From the sequence record OR896834.1: a stretch of 64,000 bases of DNA. One strand, written 5' to 3'. This DNA is from Escherichia phage Baret. Position numbers and translations under genes: made by a program. A model generated the notes under the pieces. The model had not been told where the DNA came from. It did not search any database and saw nothing but the letters and a program-made list of their open reading frames with translations. Positions 45,601 through 54,769 of this stretch are shown one piece after another (the stretch's first letter is position 1; each line of letters opens with the position of its first letter).

Positions 45601-46058
45601 CAGCACTACAACAACTACAGAATTACTGGTTTGATAACCAATTTAATGATCTCTTCATCCAGTTGTTTGTCGAAACGAACGGACGCTTCAACTACCGATT
45701 CTTTAATAAGTTTCACGAAACAAAATTCTCGCATACAGAAATTAATGCAGCGATCCAAGACCTAACTGGTTCTAAAGTAGTTCAATATCGTGAAGTAGAC
45801 TTTACACCAGATTGTTTTGGATTTGAATTGTTTAAGAAAGCGTATAAATTTGGTAAGTTTGAAGACGCTCGTCAATGGGTTCACGATTTTTGGTATAACA
45901 CCGATATTGTCCCTAGTCGCGTGCTGATTCTTAACTGGATTGCTAAGCAACATCCACCTAAAACGCAATCATCCTTCTTACCGACTGACACAGGAAACCT
46001 CTACCATGACAGAAAAGAAAAATCCATTATTGGAGCAGATGAAGGAGTGGGAGAGTAA
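45597..46058 (+). CDS. hypothetical protein (153 aa)
   Basis: ORF track. Confidence 0.45.
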   Translation: MTALQQLQNYWFDNQFNDLFIQLFVETNGRFNYRFFNKFHETKFSHTEINAAIQDLTGSKVVQYREVDFTPDCFGFELFKKAYKFGKFEDARQWVHDFWYNTDIVPSRVLILNWIAKQHPPKTQSSFLPTDTGNLYHDRKEKSIIGADEGVGE

Positions 46059-46377
46059 TATTGAAACTGGTCTAATAGACGGTGAAGATATTGTCAACTC
46101 CATGCTAGAAGTAACAGTAGATAATATTAATCCTATTTTGGCTGGAGAAACCTCAGATCTTATAGGACTCTCTAGCACATTTGATTCTTTGGCTAAATTA
46201 GCTTTAGACGATGAAGAGATAACCAAAGAAGATCTCGCTACAGCTATGAATATGGCTATTAATGCTTACATCGGTAAACGTACTGATGAACTTGGTAAAC
46301 AGATCAATAAGCGTGATGCTACGCTAGGTCTTATGGAAACGGCCACTATGTTAAGAAGTGGTAAACAACTTCATTAA
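46006..46377 (+). CDS. hypothetical acidic protein (123 aa)
   Basis: Internal ATG of track ORF 45940-46377. Confidence 0.4.
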   Translation: MTEKKNPLLEQMKEWESNIETGLIDGEDIVNSMLEVTVDNINPILAGETSDLIGLSSTFDSLAKLALDDEEITKEDLATAMNMAINAYIGKRTDELGKQINKRDATLGLMETATMLRSGKQLH

Positions 46378-46385
46378 TTTTAGGA

Positions 46386-46414
46386 GGCCAGGACTTAATT
46401 GTTCTGGCCTTTTA
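46386..46414 (+). terminator. intrinsic terminator
   Basis: GGCCAGGA...TTCTGGCC hairpin followed by TTTT. Confidence 0.6.
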
Positions 46415-46433
46415 TGTTTTCAAGGAATATAAT

Positions 46434-46631
46434 ATGAAAGCACTAGATAATTACTTAAAGGCTAAATATAGTCCTACAGAAGATCAATCTGCTGTAACTT
46501 GTGAAATAAGTCGAAATAATACAGTACGATTGGCTCAAAAAGGCGGGGGAACATCTGCCAGTATTATTTGGCTATCCGAAGAACAAGCAAAAGACTTGTA
46601 CCATAAACTAGACAAGTTATTTAACAGGTAG
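46434..46631 (+). CDS. hypothetical protein (65 aa)
   Basis: ORF track. Confidence 0.4.
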   Translation: MKALDNYLKAKYSPTEDQSAVTCEISRNNTVRLAQKGGGTSASIIWLSEEQAKDLYHKLDKLFNR

Positions 46632-46632
46632 T

Positions 46633-47079
46633 ATGAGAGAAAAAGTAAATGAATTATTAATCGAGGAAGCTAACAACTTTCCAATAAATAGGTTCATCAA
46701 ATCGGATGGATCTATTAATAGAACTAAAATTAAACAGCTACATCCCGACTTCCAACAAGAAGCACTAAACCTTATATTTATCAAGAAAGCTGTTGCAGCT
46801 CATGGAGCTTTCTTCGGGTATGAGCGTGTAAATTATAAGACAATGCAACAGCAAGTTGAGATCTATTGTCCAGATCACGATGGTTATTACTGGCAGACTG
46901 CTAGATCTCATTTAGAAGGGCATGGTTGCCGACTGTGTGCACACAAGGTTGTGCAGCGTGTCACGGATTATGGAACTTATACCGTACCAGCATGTTACCA
47001 TAAATTTGTAATTGACGATAATCATATAGTTTGGTATAATAAGTTTTCAAAGCTAAGAATGGAGATAAGTAGTGAGTAG
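46633..47079 (+). CDS. paralog of N-terminal domain of the 49088-49816 protein (truncated homing-endonuclease-like family member)
   Basis: 148 aa; shares KQLHPDFQQEALNLIFI...YERVNYKT...QTARSHLEGHGC block with 49088-49816 product but lacks its C-terminal nuclease-like domain. Confidence 0.45.
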   Translation: MREKVNELLIEEANNFPINRFIKSDGSINRTKIKQLHPDFQQEALNLIFIKKAVAAHGAFFGYERVNYKTMQQQVEIYCPDHDGYYWQTARSHLEGHGCRLCAHKVVQRVTDYGTYTVPACYHKFVIDDNHIVWYNKFSKLRMEISSE

Positions 47080-47362
47080 CTATATTGTATGGTCAAACCC
47101 ACTAGCAGCACTTAGTAACAAACTATTTAAAACAACGTGGGGATATAATGAAATAGACTTAGGTAGTCGCCCAATACCAAACAAACACCCCTTAGTTCCA
47201 GAGCTGTATAGGGTAGGGATAAATGGCACGGAGTATTTGGTTGATAAATTTGACAGAAAACGTCTACTAGAGGGTATCTACGATAATTCTACATCGATAA
47301 ATGAATTAGTAGAACATGCCCAAATATATGATAAAAGCTGGATGTTAATATGGAGATCATAG
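47072..47362 (+). CDS. hypothetical protein (96 aa)
   Basis: ORF track (GTG start). Confidence 0.35.
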   Translation: MSSYIVWSNPLAALSNKLFKTTWGYNEIDLGSRPIPNKHPLVPELYRVGINGTEYLVDKFDRKRLLEGIYDNSTSINELVEHAQIYDKSWMLIWRS

Positions 47363-47574
47363 TAATTATTTTAGCAGTTATGTTATTTATTGTAACATTT
47401 GCTATTATGCGCAGAGCTAGAGAACTAGCGGAAGATATAACAAAATTACGTGGTGAGTTGGCTGCTCTTAAATTACAGCGAGAGGCTTTAAAGTTGTTTG
47501 TGGTTCAGGGTAGCGTAGAGCATACAGCAGAAGACTTCATCATATATCTCAAACGTTACATGGGAGTTAAATAA
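47350..47574 (+). CDS. hypothetical membrane protein (74 aa)
   Basis: ORF track. Confidence 0.35.
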   Translation: MEIIVIILAVMLFIVTFAIMRRARELAEDITKLRGELAALKLQREALKLFVVQGSVEHTAEDFIIYLKRYMGVK

Positions 47575-47759
47575 TGGAAACTCTTTTTCTTTTAATGCTC
47601 GTAGGTTCCTTGCTAGTTATATTAGCACTTCTACTGATCTGCAATATTCTTAATAATAAGAATCTAGAGCTAAAGTGTGAAAACCAAATCCTTAATCGTG
47701 AACTTAAACAATATAACATAGCAGCGCACAAGCTACTAGACAAATTGGAGAATAAGTAA
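47574..47759 (+). CDS. hypothetical membrane protein (61 aa)
   Basis: ORF track. Confidence 0.35.
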   Translation: METLFLLMLVGSLLVILALLLICNILNNKNLELKCENQILNRELKQYNIAAHKLLDKLENK

Positions 47760-48370
47760 TGACTTTATATGCACAACAACCTGTTCAAGTAGTACCAGAC
47801 CATGAATTAAATACATGGGATTATGATTTTAAAGACTTAACTGCCACTGTACAGTTCAAATCTATGAAGCTAACCTTTGCGCACACTAATATTAAAGCAT
47901 GTAAAGATTTTGAAGGTAGGCTCAACAACGCTCGTAAGATTTTTGGCAAGGCTCGCATCCCAGCTGATAATCTAATTAATACACTAATCGATGCTGGTTA
48001 TAAACTTGTAAAGACTGAGGTTAACCGTCCTAGTACTCCTGTGACTATTCGAGATCCGTGGCAGTCAGGGCCAATTACAATGTGGAACAGCCCTAAAATA
48101 ACGTCGGATTTGCACAATGTTCCATGCGGTGGCGTTATAGAAAATAATTCCTCATATCGAGTTGGTGAAGATTATGGACCTTCTGCACAATTGAAACATA
48201 CTCAAGAAGCTTTTGAATCTGATATGAAAAGCGTAGCGCCTGTGGATACTGAAGGTTTTAGAAGTCCCATCTATGTTACTCACTTTAATAATCTTAGGCC
48301 TGGGGGTATAAATGATACTATCCTTGAAGCGTTGGGAGCTGCTATTAATGAAGATAAGAGGGGTAATTAA
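47759..48370 (+). CDS. hypothetical protein (203 aa)
   Basis: ORF track. Confidence 0.45.
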   Translation: MTLYAQQPVQVVPDHELNTWDYDFKDLTATVQFKSMKLTFAHTNIKACKDFEGRLNNARKIFGKARIPADNLINTLIDAGYKLVKTEVNRPSTPVTIRDPWQSGPITMWNSPKITSDLHNVPCGGVIENNSSYRVGEDYGPSAQLKHTQEAFESDMKSVAPVDTEGFRSPIYVTHFNNLRPGGINDTILEALGAAINEDKRGN

Positions 48371-49095
48371 TGAGTATAAAAAAGAATTTAGCAGAGATTA
48401 TTAAGTTAGCTAGAGCTTGTAATGGAAAATGTGTTTCTCAGCTTAATGAACTAGAGGCACATGCAGTAGCGTTTTGTGCAGAGTTTTACCCTGCATATAT
48501 TAACGCTAGTGGACAGCCGAAATATAATAAGGATGCCGAAGAAGTTACGTTAGCTCCTTCATATATTAGCTTGCGTCGTTTAATTCAAACCGTTGATCCT
48601 ACTATTAAAGGATTCTCAGCAGATTCATTCCACGTCTTTGCAGATAAAGAACTCCCGTATTTTAAAGAAGGAAATGCAAAGTCATGTTTAGAATGTTATC
48701 CTAATATACTGATGATTCCTCAAAAGCAATGTAAATACGATCATCTTCCTAGACTTACAAAGAAAGTAGCACCACCTTATTCTTCTCTATCTGAATTAAA
48801 GCTAGGAATTGTATCTACACTTGCGCAGATTCATCTAAGTATAGTTGACGACTCAACAACATCTAACCCTATTCTAGACGCTGCTCACTTTGAAATTTTA
48901 CGTGATCCTGAACAAGCTAGAAAAGTTGCTAAGTCTGTTAAGTTTGATATATCAACAATTCTTGACACTAAACAAGAAACTAGACCTAGAGGAAGTGTAG
49001 ATTATTCTGCGCTAAATTCCGAGTCATCTTACTTAGCAACATTCCTTTTCATGGCGTCAAAAGGGGTTATTCTAAAGGTTAATAAAGATGGATGA
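48370..49095 (+). CDS. hypothetical protein (241 aa)
   Basis: ORF track. Confidence 0.45.
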   Translation: MSIKKNLAEIIKLARACNGKCVSQLNELEAHAVAFCAEFYPAYINASGQPKYNKDAEEVTLAPSYISLRRLIQTVDPTIKGFSADSFHVFADKELPYFKEGNAKSCLECYPNILMIPQKQCKYDHLPRLTKKVAPPYSSLSELKLGIVSTLAQIHLSIVDDSTTSNPILDAAHFEILRDPEQARKVAKSVKFDISTILDTKQETRPRGSVDYSALNSESSYLATFLFMASKGVILKVNKDG

Positions 49096-49816
49096 TTTAC
49101 GTGCTGAAATTAATAAAAAGTTACGAGAGGAAGCCCGGAGGTTTCCTCTTAAAAACTTTTTGAAGTCAAATGGCTCTACTAATATAACGAAGATTAGGCA
49201 ACTTCACCCTGACTTCCAACAAGAGGCCTTAAACCTTATCTTTATTAGGAAAGCTTTAAAAGTCCAGAAAGAAGAGTATGGGTATGAAAGAGTTAATTAT
49301 AAGACAGCCAATCAGTTAGTAGAGATATGGTGCTATAAACATAAAGGATACTTTATGCAAACTGCTAGATCTCACCTAGATGGGCACGGTTGTTTACAAT
49401 GTGCTAGGGAAAGCAACCTAAATACACCTATCGAGAAACCGGAGGTAGAAGAAGATGTTCAGTCCCCCACATATCTCTATATCTTCTCTAATAAAGATCA
49501 GTCTAGGAAGAAATTAAAGACAAAGATTGGGGTTTCTAGAGAGCCACATCAAAGGTTTAAGAATCTAGAGTATGATAAATTGCGTGTGCCGGGTTTTGAA
49601 GATATGGAAGTATTTGGTATCTACCAGTATAAGAAAGGATCGAAAGAACTCGCTTACAAAATAGAACACCAAGCACATAAATTTTTCGAGAATAAATTTG
49701 CTAACCATTATAAATTCGATGGAGCAAAAGAGATATTCAACATTAAAGCTGTAGAGGCAGAAGAATATCTATTAAGTCAAGGTTGCATAAAAATTTACCC
49801 AACTCCAAACTCATGA
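49088..49816 (+). CDS. homing-endonuclease-like protein with C-terminal T5orf172/GIY-YIG-like domain
   Basis: 242 aa; C-terminal YLYIFSNK...KIGVSREPHQRFK resembles the GFVYCISNP...YKIGMS motif of ORF 26222-26740; N-terminal domain paralogous to 46633-47079. Confidence 0.45.
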   Translation: MDDLRAEINKKLREEARRFPLKNFLKSNGSTNITKIRQLHPDFQQEALNLIFIRKALKVQKEEYGYERVNYKTANQLVEIWCYKHKGYFMQTARSHLDGHGCLQCARESNLNTPIEKPEVEEDVQSPTYLYIFSNKDQSRKKLKTKIGVSREPHQRFKNLEYDKLRVPGFEDMEVFGIYQYKKGSKELAYKIEHQAHKFFENKFANHYKFDGAKEIFNIKAVEAEEYLLSQGCIKIYPTPNS

Positions 49817-49843
49817 CAAAAATTTAAAAGTAACGAAATCTGC

Positions 49844-49873
49844 TTGACATTCGTGAGAATAATGTGTTATAAT
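49844..49873 (+). promoter_or_regulatory. consensus sigma70-type promoter (TTGACA-18-TATAAT) reading into the repeat tract
   Basis: -35 49844-49849, -10 49868-49873; no ORF downstream for ~1.7 kb. Confidence 0.55.
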
Positions 49874-50360
49874 AATCTCATAGATTAAAAACATCAACTT
49901 GTTTTTACCTCTAGGCCGTAGATTTACATCATTCCTCGTAGGAAAACACTTGATGACGGTTCTGTTCGCAGGTTCTCGTCAATTGTTCTTCCACACCGAG
50001 ACTTAGGAGGATGTATCAAATCGCACGCGCCTAGAGGGACTAACTCTCATGAAATGGGGGTATATTTACTTTTAAATAACTAAAAAATATTTAAAGGCAA
50101 TATCTGTGTTCAAGATGATACACCTGTTGCCGCTCATCTGCTAGGATGGCACAACACTTTCTTCTAGACTCCTAAGTTTCTAGGAATAGTTGAGCACTAA
50201 CTCTAGAGTTTACATTAAACTTTAAATCTGCTTCTCTAGTTAACTCAGGCGGTTTTCATATTCCTAGAAACTCCAGCAATAGGCGGTTAATACAGGGCGG
50301 TTATAGGGAGGGCGGTTATTTCTAAGAGACATTTTTTGAAAACACATTTCCAGAAATTAC

Positions 50361-50961
50361 TGTCGGATTTGCACATTGTGTTTCTAGAAATTTATGGTCG
50401 GATTTGCACAAACGCCTAAGTTTTTAGGAACTCTTACTCTCCTGAAAATACCAGCATTATTTCGGGCCGAAGGCCCGTGATTGCCTGAGTTTTTAGAGCC
50501 ACAGAAATTTTCACTTGTCAAGCTATTTTGCCACCTTTAGCAAATAAAATCTTACTTTATCTCCACTAATCTCAAATTAACCCAAATCTTCTCAACTCTT
50601 CCCCAAAAACGCAGCAAATCAGGTGCTCCGCACCAAACATGCTGCTCCTCCAGTTTCTCCTCTTATTTTCTCTCGCTCTCTCATCTTCTCCTCAAACCTA
50701 TACAATCACACACTCTCCAATCGAAGTCACAAAAATCTTGTCGGTTTCGCACACCTCAACACATGTCGGATCTGCACATATTCTAGCTAATTCCACAGGA
50801 TTCGAACGCAGTTCGTGATTGCTGGAGTTTCTAGAAAAATTCATTGTCGGATTTGCACACTATAAAAATTTTTCGGGTCGGATTTGCACACTACCAAAAA
50901 TTGTCGGATTCGCACATACACGCCCACACGTAACACCCGTGGAGCAATGTCGGATTTGCAC
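50361..50961. repeat. array of 8 direct copies of a 14-mer (GTCGGATTTGCACA and close variants)
   Basis: Copies at ~50361, 50396, 50739, 50764, 50845, 50876, 50902, 50948, all same orientation, irregular spacing. Confidence 0.85.
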
Positions 50962-50990
50962 AAAAGCGCAGGGCAATTGCCCTGCTCGCC

Positions 50991-51168
50991 TGAATGCGAA
51001 TGATAATGAGAATCAATCTTATTTAAAAAGCGGAATGAGAATGATAATGATTCGCATTTAAGAAAGGGAATGAGAGCTATTCAAGAAGTGAAATGATTCT
51101 CATTTAAGAAAGGAAATGATTATCGGTTAGACAGTGGAATGCGAATGATAATGATTCGCATTTAAAAA
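50991..51168. repeat. three palindromic units of type AATGCGAATGATAATGATTCGCATT
   Basis: Units near 50993-51017 (partial), 51031-51060, 51137-51166, plus degenerate copy ~51066-51106. Confidence 0.75.
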
Positions 51169-51194
51169 CGGAAGTGAGAAACACTGTTATTTAA

Positions 51195-51276
51195 GTTATC
51201 CACAGACTTATCAACAGCACGATTTGACTTGACAGAATCCTAGCCATTTTGAGGCGTTATTAACAGACTTATCCAC
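51195..51276. promoter_or_regulatory. DnaA-box cluster (2 x TTATCCACA)
   Basis: TTATCCACA at ~51195-51203 and ~51268-51276. Confidence 0.6.
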
Positions 51277-51284
51277 AGCTTATC

Positions 51285-51304
51285 CTACTGTATAAATATA
51301 CAGT
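51285..51304. promoter_or_regulatory. SOS-box-like palindrome TACTGTATAAATATACAGTA
   Basis: CTGT-N8-ACAG with AT-rich centre, matching the LexA operator pattern. Confidence 0.5.
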
Positions 51305-51561
51305 ATTCCTATGTAGTGAATAATTCTAATATAGGCCTAAAACGTCCTGAATCGCATTCTAACGCGTTTAATTTTGATGGGGATACTAAAACAAGGGCAA
51401 AATTGGAGGAGGCTTAAAAATTAGTTAGCTTGCTAACGATCACACAAGGCGACATGTAACACCTTAATCATTAGCAGGCTAACCATCGCGGGCGCGGTTA
51501 AATGAGAATCACTCTCATTTGAGAATTGGGGGCACTCCCTGGTAGTTACGCCCCGTTATTA

Positions 51562-51786
51562 TTAGTCTGGTAGTCGATGCGTGATCTTTTCCTCCTCCCC
51601 GTAGGAATCCACCAAATGCTGATAATAACCATCGGCATCATAAATAACGCTATCATATTCGCCACGCTCGACCGCTTGCCGATTCTCCGGCGTATCGGGC
51701 ACGTAAAAAACATCAACCATTGTACTGATTTTGGTTACAACAATTTTATTGTTCATAATAACCCCTAGTAAATATATTTTTGCCAA
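51562..51786 (-). CDS. hypothetical acidic protein (64-74 aa)
   Basis: ORF track; last gene of minus-strand pre-early block. Confidence 0.4.
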   Translation of the reverse strand: MAKIYLLGVIMNNKIVVTKISTMVDVFYVPDTPENRQAVERGEYDSVIYDADGYYQHLVDSYGEEEKITHRLPD

Positions 51787-51856
51787 TAGTGGCGAACGTT
51801 ATCGCCACCAGCGGAATCATTTGCAGCCTCAACATTACCAGCGAAAATATATAATC

Positions 51857-52201
51857 TCATTGCGCCACCTTTCGAAACGCTGTTTCAATACTATCCGCAG
51901 TGGATTGAATATACGCGCCTTTCATTATCAGGCGCTCGGTGCATACCTTGCGGAAAATATTAATAAAATCCTCTTCATTTTCTGCAATCAATGCTTCCCC
52001 CATGACCTGAATATCACAAGATGCAAAGGTCAAAAATTGAAATGCTAGTTCACGGGCAACGACCGCATTGATTTTATAATGCGCCTTGCCCTCATAAATA
52101 TTAATAACGCCCTTGTAAGCTGGGGAAAGCTGATTTAAATAGTTTGCTAATAATGCCGGACGGCAATTAGTAACAAAGCGATTACCTTCATAAATTACCA
52201 T
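51857..52201 (-). CDS. hypothetical protein (114 aa)
   Basis: ATG at 52201 four nt after upstream stop; track ORF 51857-52240 trimmed. Confidence 0.45.
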   Translation of the reverse strand: MVIYEGNRFVTNCRPALLANYLNQLSPAYKGVINIYEGKAHYKINAVVARELAFQFLTFASCDIQVMGEALIAENEEDFINIFRKVCTERLIMKGAYIQSTADSIETAFRKVAQ

Positions 52202-52202
52202 T

Positions 52203-52415
52203 TTATAGCACCCCACGAAAAGCCGCGTAAAAGGTGGCAAAGTGTTTAACTGTTTCAGCGATCACGTTGCCGCGCTTGTCGAATTTTTTCTCGGTAACAC
52301 GAAAGGCATTTTTGTTACGTGCTACATATTCGATTTTACAATCCTCCCGCTCGAACGTGTTAACATCCACCAGCTTAAAGCCTTTCGAACGTGCAAGAGA
52401 AACGTTGCGGATCAT
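52203..52415 (-). CDS. hypothetical basic protein (70 aa)
   Basis: ORF track; SD AAAGGAG upstream. Confidence 0.45.
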   Translation of the reverse strand: MIRNVSLARSKGFKLVDVNTFEREDCKIEYVARNKNAFRVTEKKFDKRGNVIAETVKHFATFYAAFRGVL

Positions 52416-52417
52416 TT

Positions 52418-52573
52418 TTATTCTCCTTTACCAGTCATGCAGCCCAGCAGATAAGAAAATACAGCGATACCCGCGCCGATAATAACAGCGTGAACGCCGA
52501 AAGCTATTGCAAAAAGTGATAAAATAGCGCCCAAGATACCTGCTAGAATAGCTCGAAAAATAACCATTTTCAT
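52418..52573 (-). CDS. small hydrophobic membrane protein (~50 aa)
   Basis: Hand-found minus-strand ORF (MKMVIFRAILAGILGAILSLFAIAFGVHAVIIGAGIAVF...); below ORF-track cut-off; SD AGGAG. Confidence 0.4.
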   Translation of the reverse strand: MKMVIFRAILAGILGAILSLFAIAFGVHAVIIGAGIAVFSYLLGCMTGKGE

Positions 52574-52613
52574 ACTCCTAGTTAATGGGGCGAAAGTAAC
52601 GCCCCATTATTAA

Positions 52614-52877
52614 TTACATTAAAACAATTTTTGCAGCTTGTTTTTTGGTGCAATGTTCCGCCTTCAGGGTATCCAGCAAAAAGCCAGCCGTTTGCTGATC
52701 GATTTTATCGGCGTTATATAGTTCCTGAATGGTATTATAGGTTTTAGCAATACCGAACTCCTGCACCATTTCATAGATGACAGCACGATTAGACACCCAG
52801 CCTTGAGCGGTGAACAGATGACTAGCAGAAGAATAAGCAACCATTTTAAGCCTCCAAATTTTTGGGAAAATTTTCAA
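52614..52877 (-). CDS. hypothetical protein (76-87 aa)
   Basis: ORF track. Confidence 0.4.
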   Translation of the reverse strand: MKIFPKIWRLKMVAYSSASHLFTAQGWVSNRAVIYEMVQEFGIAKTYNTIQELYNADKIDQQTAGFLLDTLKAEHCTKKQAAKIVLM

Positions 52878-52950
52878 CCGTCCTTAAACGGTGTAAAGGC
52901 ATTATAACAAAAAAGGCCACCAATTATGGCGACCTTTACAAAACTTTACA

Positions 52951-53445
52951 TTAAACTACTTGTAATGTTTCAATATTGAAACATCGTTTCAATTCGTCAT
53001 GCAAAACAGCGTATTCCTCCCATCGGGTACTATCAGGAATATAAACAAGCTGTTTTAATCGGTTTGCATATATTACCGCTTTGTTATCAATTATCTCGAC
53101 GCCGCCATATTTAATAATTAATTTCATGACGGAATTAATAGGATCACCGCCGTTTACATATGTGCCGGATTTACTTAACTGATAATGATAAAGGCTTGCA
53201 TATACGTTTTCATTTTCATACCATTCGCCAGTATCCTCGTCTTCATAGCCATCGCTACCAAAACGAGAAGCATTATCAATAGCCATTTCATGAGCGAAAG
53301 CGTCCAGATCCGTACCAGCAGGAACAAAGTATTCCTCGGTATTCCCCTCGCCGCAATAGCCAGTATGGCAATCGACTAAAATGATCATATCATGTTTAGC
53401 CGTGCTCACTTCCCCTAGCGAGAAGCCGTATTTTTCCTCAGCCAT
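52951..53445 (-). CDS. hypothetical acidic protein (164 aa)
   Basis: ORF track; no recognisable motif. Confidence 0.5.
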   Translation of the reverse strand: MAEEKYGFSLGEVSTAKHDMIILVDCHTGYCGEGNTEEYFVPAGTDLDAFAHEMAIDNASRFGSDGYEDEDTGEWYENENVYASLYHYQLSKSGTYVNGGDPINSVMKLIIKYGGVEIIDNKAVIYANRLKQLVYIPDSTRWEEYAVLHDELKRCFNIETLQVV

Positions 53446-53510
53446 TAGTTAGCCTCCTATTAATTAACAAGGGAATAGTAAAGCGGGGTAACAATCCCCG
53501 CTTAATATTA

Positions 53511-54503
53511 TTACTCGCTTTCGGTGTTAGTGGTAAAAGTAGAAATATCGATACCTTTTACCATTTCATCAATCATTTCAGCGATGTTAAAACTTTGCAC
53601 CATTTCCAGCATTGCCGCTTCCATAGCTGCGCCTGCTACCGCTTTCGCTTTCTGGTTATTCGGGGCGTACTGGTCAACCGCTACGCTCAGCAGGTTAGCA
53701 ATAACTACCCGACCAATCGGCGTATCAATATAACCTTTGATCATGAATGGTGCTTTTTTAGCCGCTACTTTCGTAATTTGAGTTAATGCAATTTTGCCAG
53801 CTTCCAGTTTTGCAGCATTTACAACAGCGGATTTATTAGCGGCAACGATATTAGCGATCTTGGTCATGGTATTATTTCCTTTGTTTTCAGTAGTTTGAGT
53901 GTTAACGCTTTGAGTGTTAGAATTTACAGCATGTTTTTCCGTGTTGTCAATAGGCTGATCTTCCTCCTTCCAGAAAGAAAAGCCCGCGCTTTCAATATCC
54001 CCATCATATACATAAGGGTACACTTCCGACGGTAACAAAAAATTACCGTTATCATCAAAGGCCATTACAGCCGCGAAACGATACCCGTCACAATCCGACC
54101 GATTCCAGCCAACTGATAAATAACGCCAAAATGAATCAAGAAAATTTTCAATATCATAAAGATCATTGGGGTTGGCTTCATAATTTTCTATTGAAAAAAC
54201 TTCTAAGCCTGCCCCAGTATCATAGGCTTTTACTGTGCTACCTTTTACGATTATGAAATCAGTATCCGGCCCTCGACTAGTGAGCAATTGATAATCTTGA
54301 TTATATAAAACAAGCGTTGCCCCTTGTTTATATAACGGTAGAAAACTATTCATATCATAGGCATCGAAATCACCAAAAAAGTTTTGGTGAATAGTTTCAG
54401 CCTTGTTAATAAAATGTTTAATGCTGGTTGTTCTGCTACCGTCCAGCAGGTTACGCAGCGCACCTTTTAAGACGGTTGCGTTATCTGGTTTATATAGCCT
54501 CAT
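53511..54503 (-). CDS. hypothetical protein (330 aa) with Asn/Thr-rich linker and Ala-rich helical C-terminus
   Basis: ORF track; SD GAGGGAGG before ATG 54503; first gene of minus-strand pre-early block. Confidence 0.55.
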   Translation of the reverse strand: MRLYKPDNATVLKGALRNLLDGSRTTSIKHFINKAETIHQNFFGDFDAYDMNSFLPLYKQGATLVLYNQDYQLLTSRGPDTDFIIVKGSTVKAYDTGAGLEVFSIENYEANPNDLYDIENFLDSFWRYLSVGWNRSDCDGYRFAAVMAFDDNGNFLLPSEVYPYVYDGDIESAGFSFWKEEDQPIDNTEKHAVNSNTQSVNTQTTENKGNNTMTKIANIVAANKSAVVNAAKLEAGKIALTQITKVAAKKAPFMIKGYIDTPIGRVVIANLLSVAVDQYAPNNQKAKAVAGAAMEAAMLEMVQSFNIAEMIDEMVKGIDISTFTTNTESE

Positions 54504-54769
54504 TTGTTGGCCTCCCTCGTTAATCGGTGAGTGAATGATAAAGGCAATTTTCTAGCATAGGCAAATATTATTTTACCTTTTTATTTTCCTTGCCTAGCGC
54601 CTAGTTTTATGCTAACCGCGCAGCGGTACAGTAAAGAGCAAAACACGGTGAAGCCACCAGGGCGACGGGTGAAGGCTTTACTTTAATATTACCCCACCGC
54701 ATTTAGCTCGTTAGAAAGCGTTTTAGGCCGCTTAAAATTGATTGCAGTTGTTAACACTACCCATTTACC

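Noticed and set aside
50361-50961. Possible CRISPR array suggested by the repeated 14-mer
   Set aside because: Repeats are only 14 bp, irregularly spaced (between ~10 and ~330 bp), include point variants, and there are no cas genes; more consistent with a binding-site array.
50819-51061. ORF 50819-51061 within the repeat tract
   Set aside because: Lies across the 14-mer array and palindromic units; the translation is repeat-derived and there is no ribosome-binding site.
50991-51168. Palindromic units as bona fide Fur boxes
   Set aside because: Only the TGATAAT half-site matches the Fur consensus; the second half (ATTCGCA) deviates, so Fur binding is noted as a weak possibility only.
53524-53786. 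Plus-strand ORFs 53524-53733 and 53595-53786
   Set aside because: Antisense to the 330-aa minus-strand gene; also rejected are 52234-52482, 52242-52454, 51577-51768, 51731-52048 and 53185-53379 on the same grounds.
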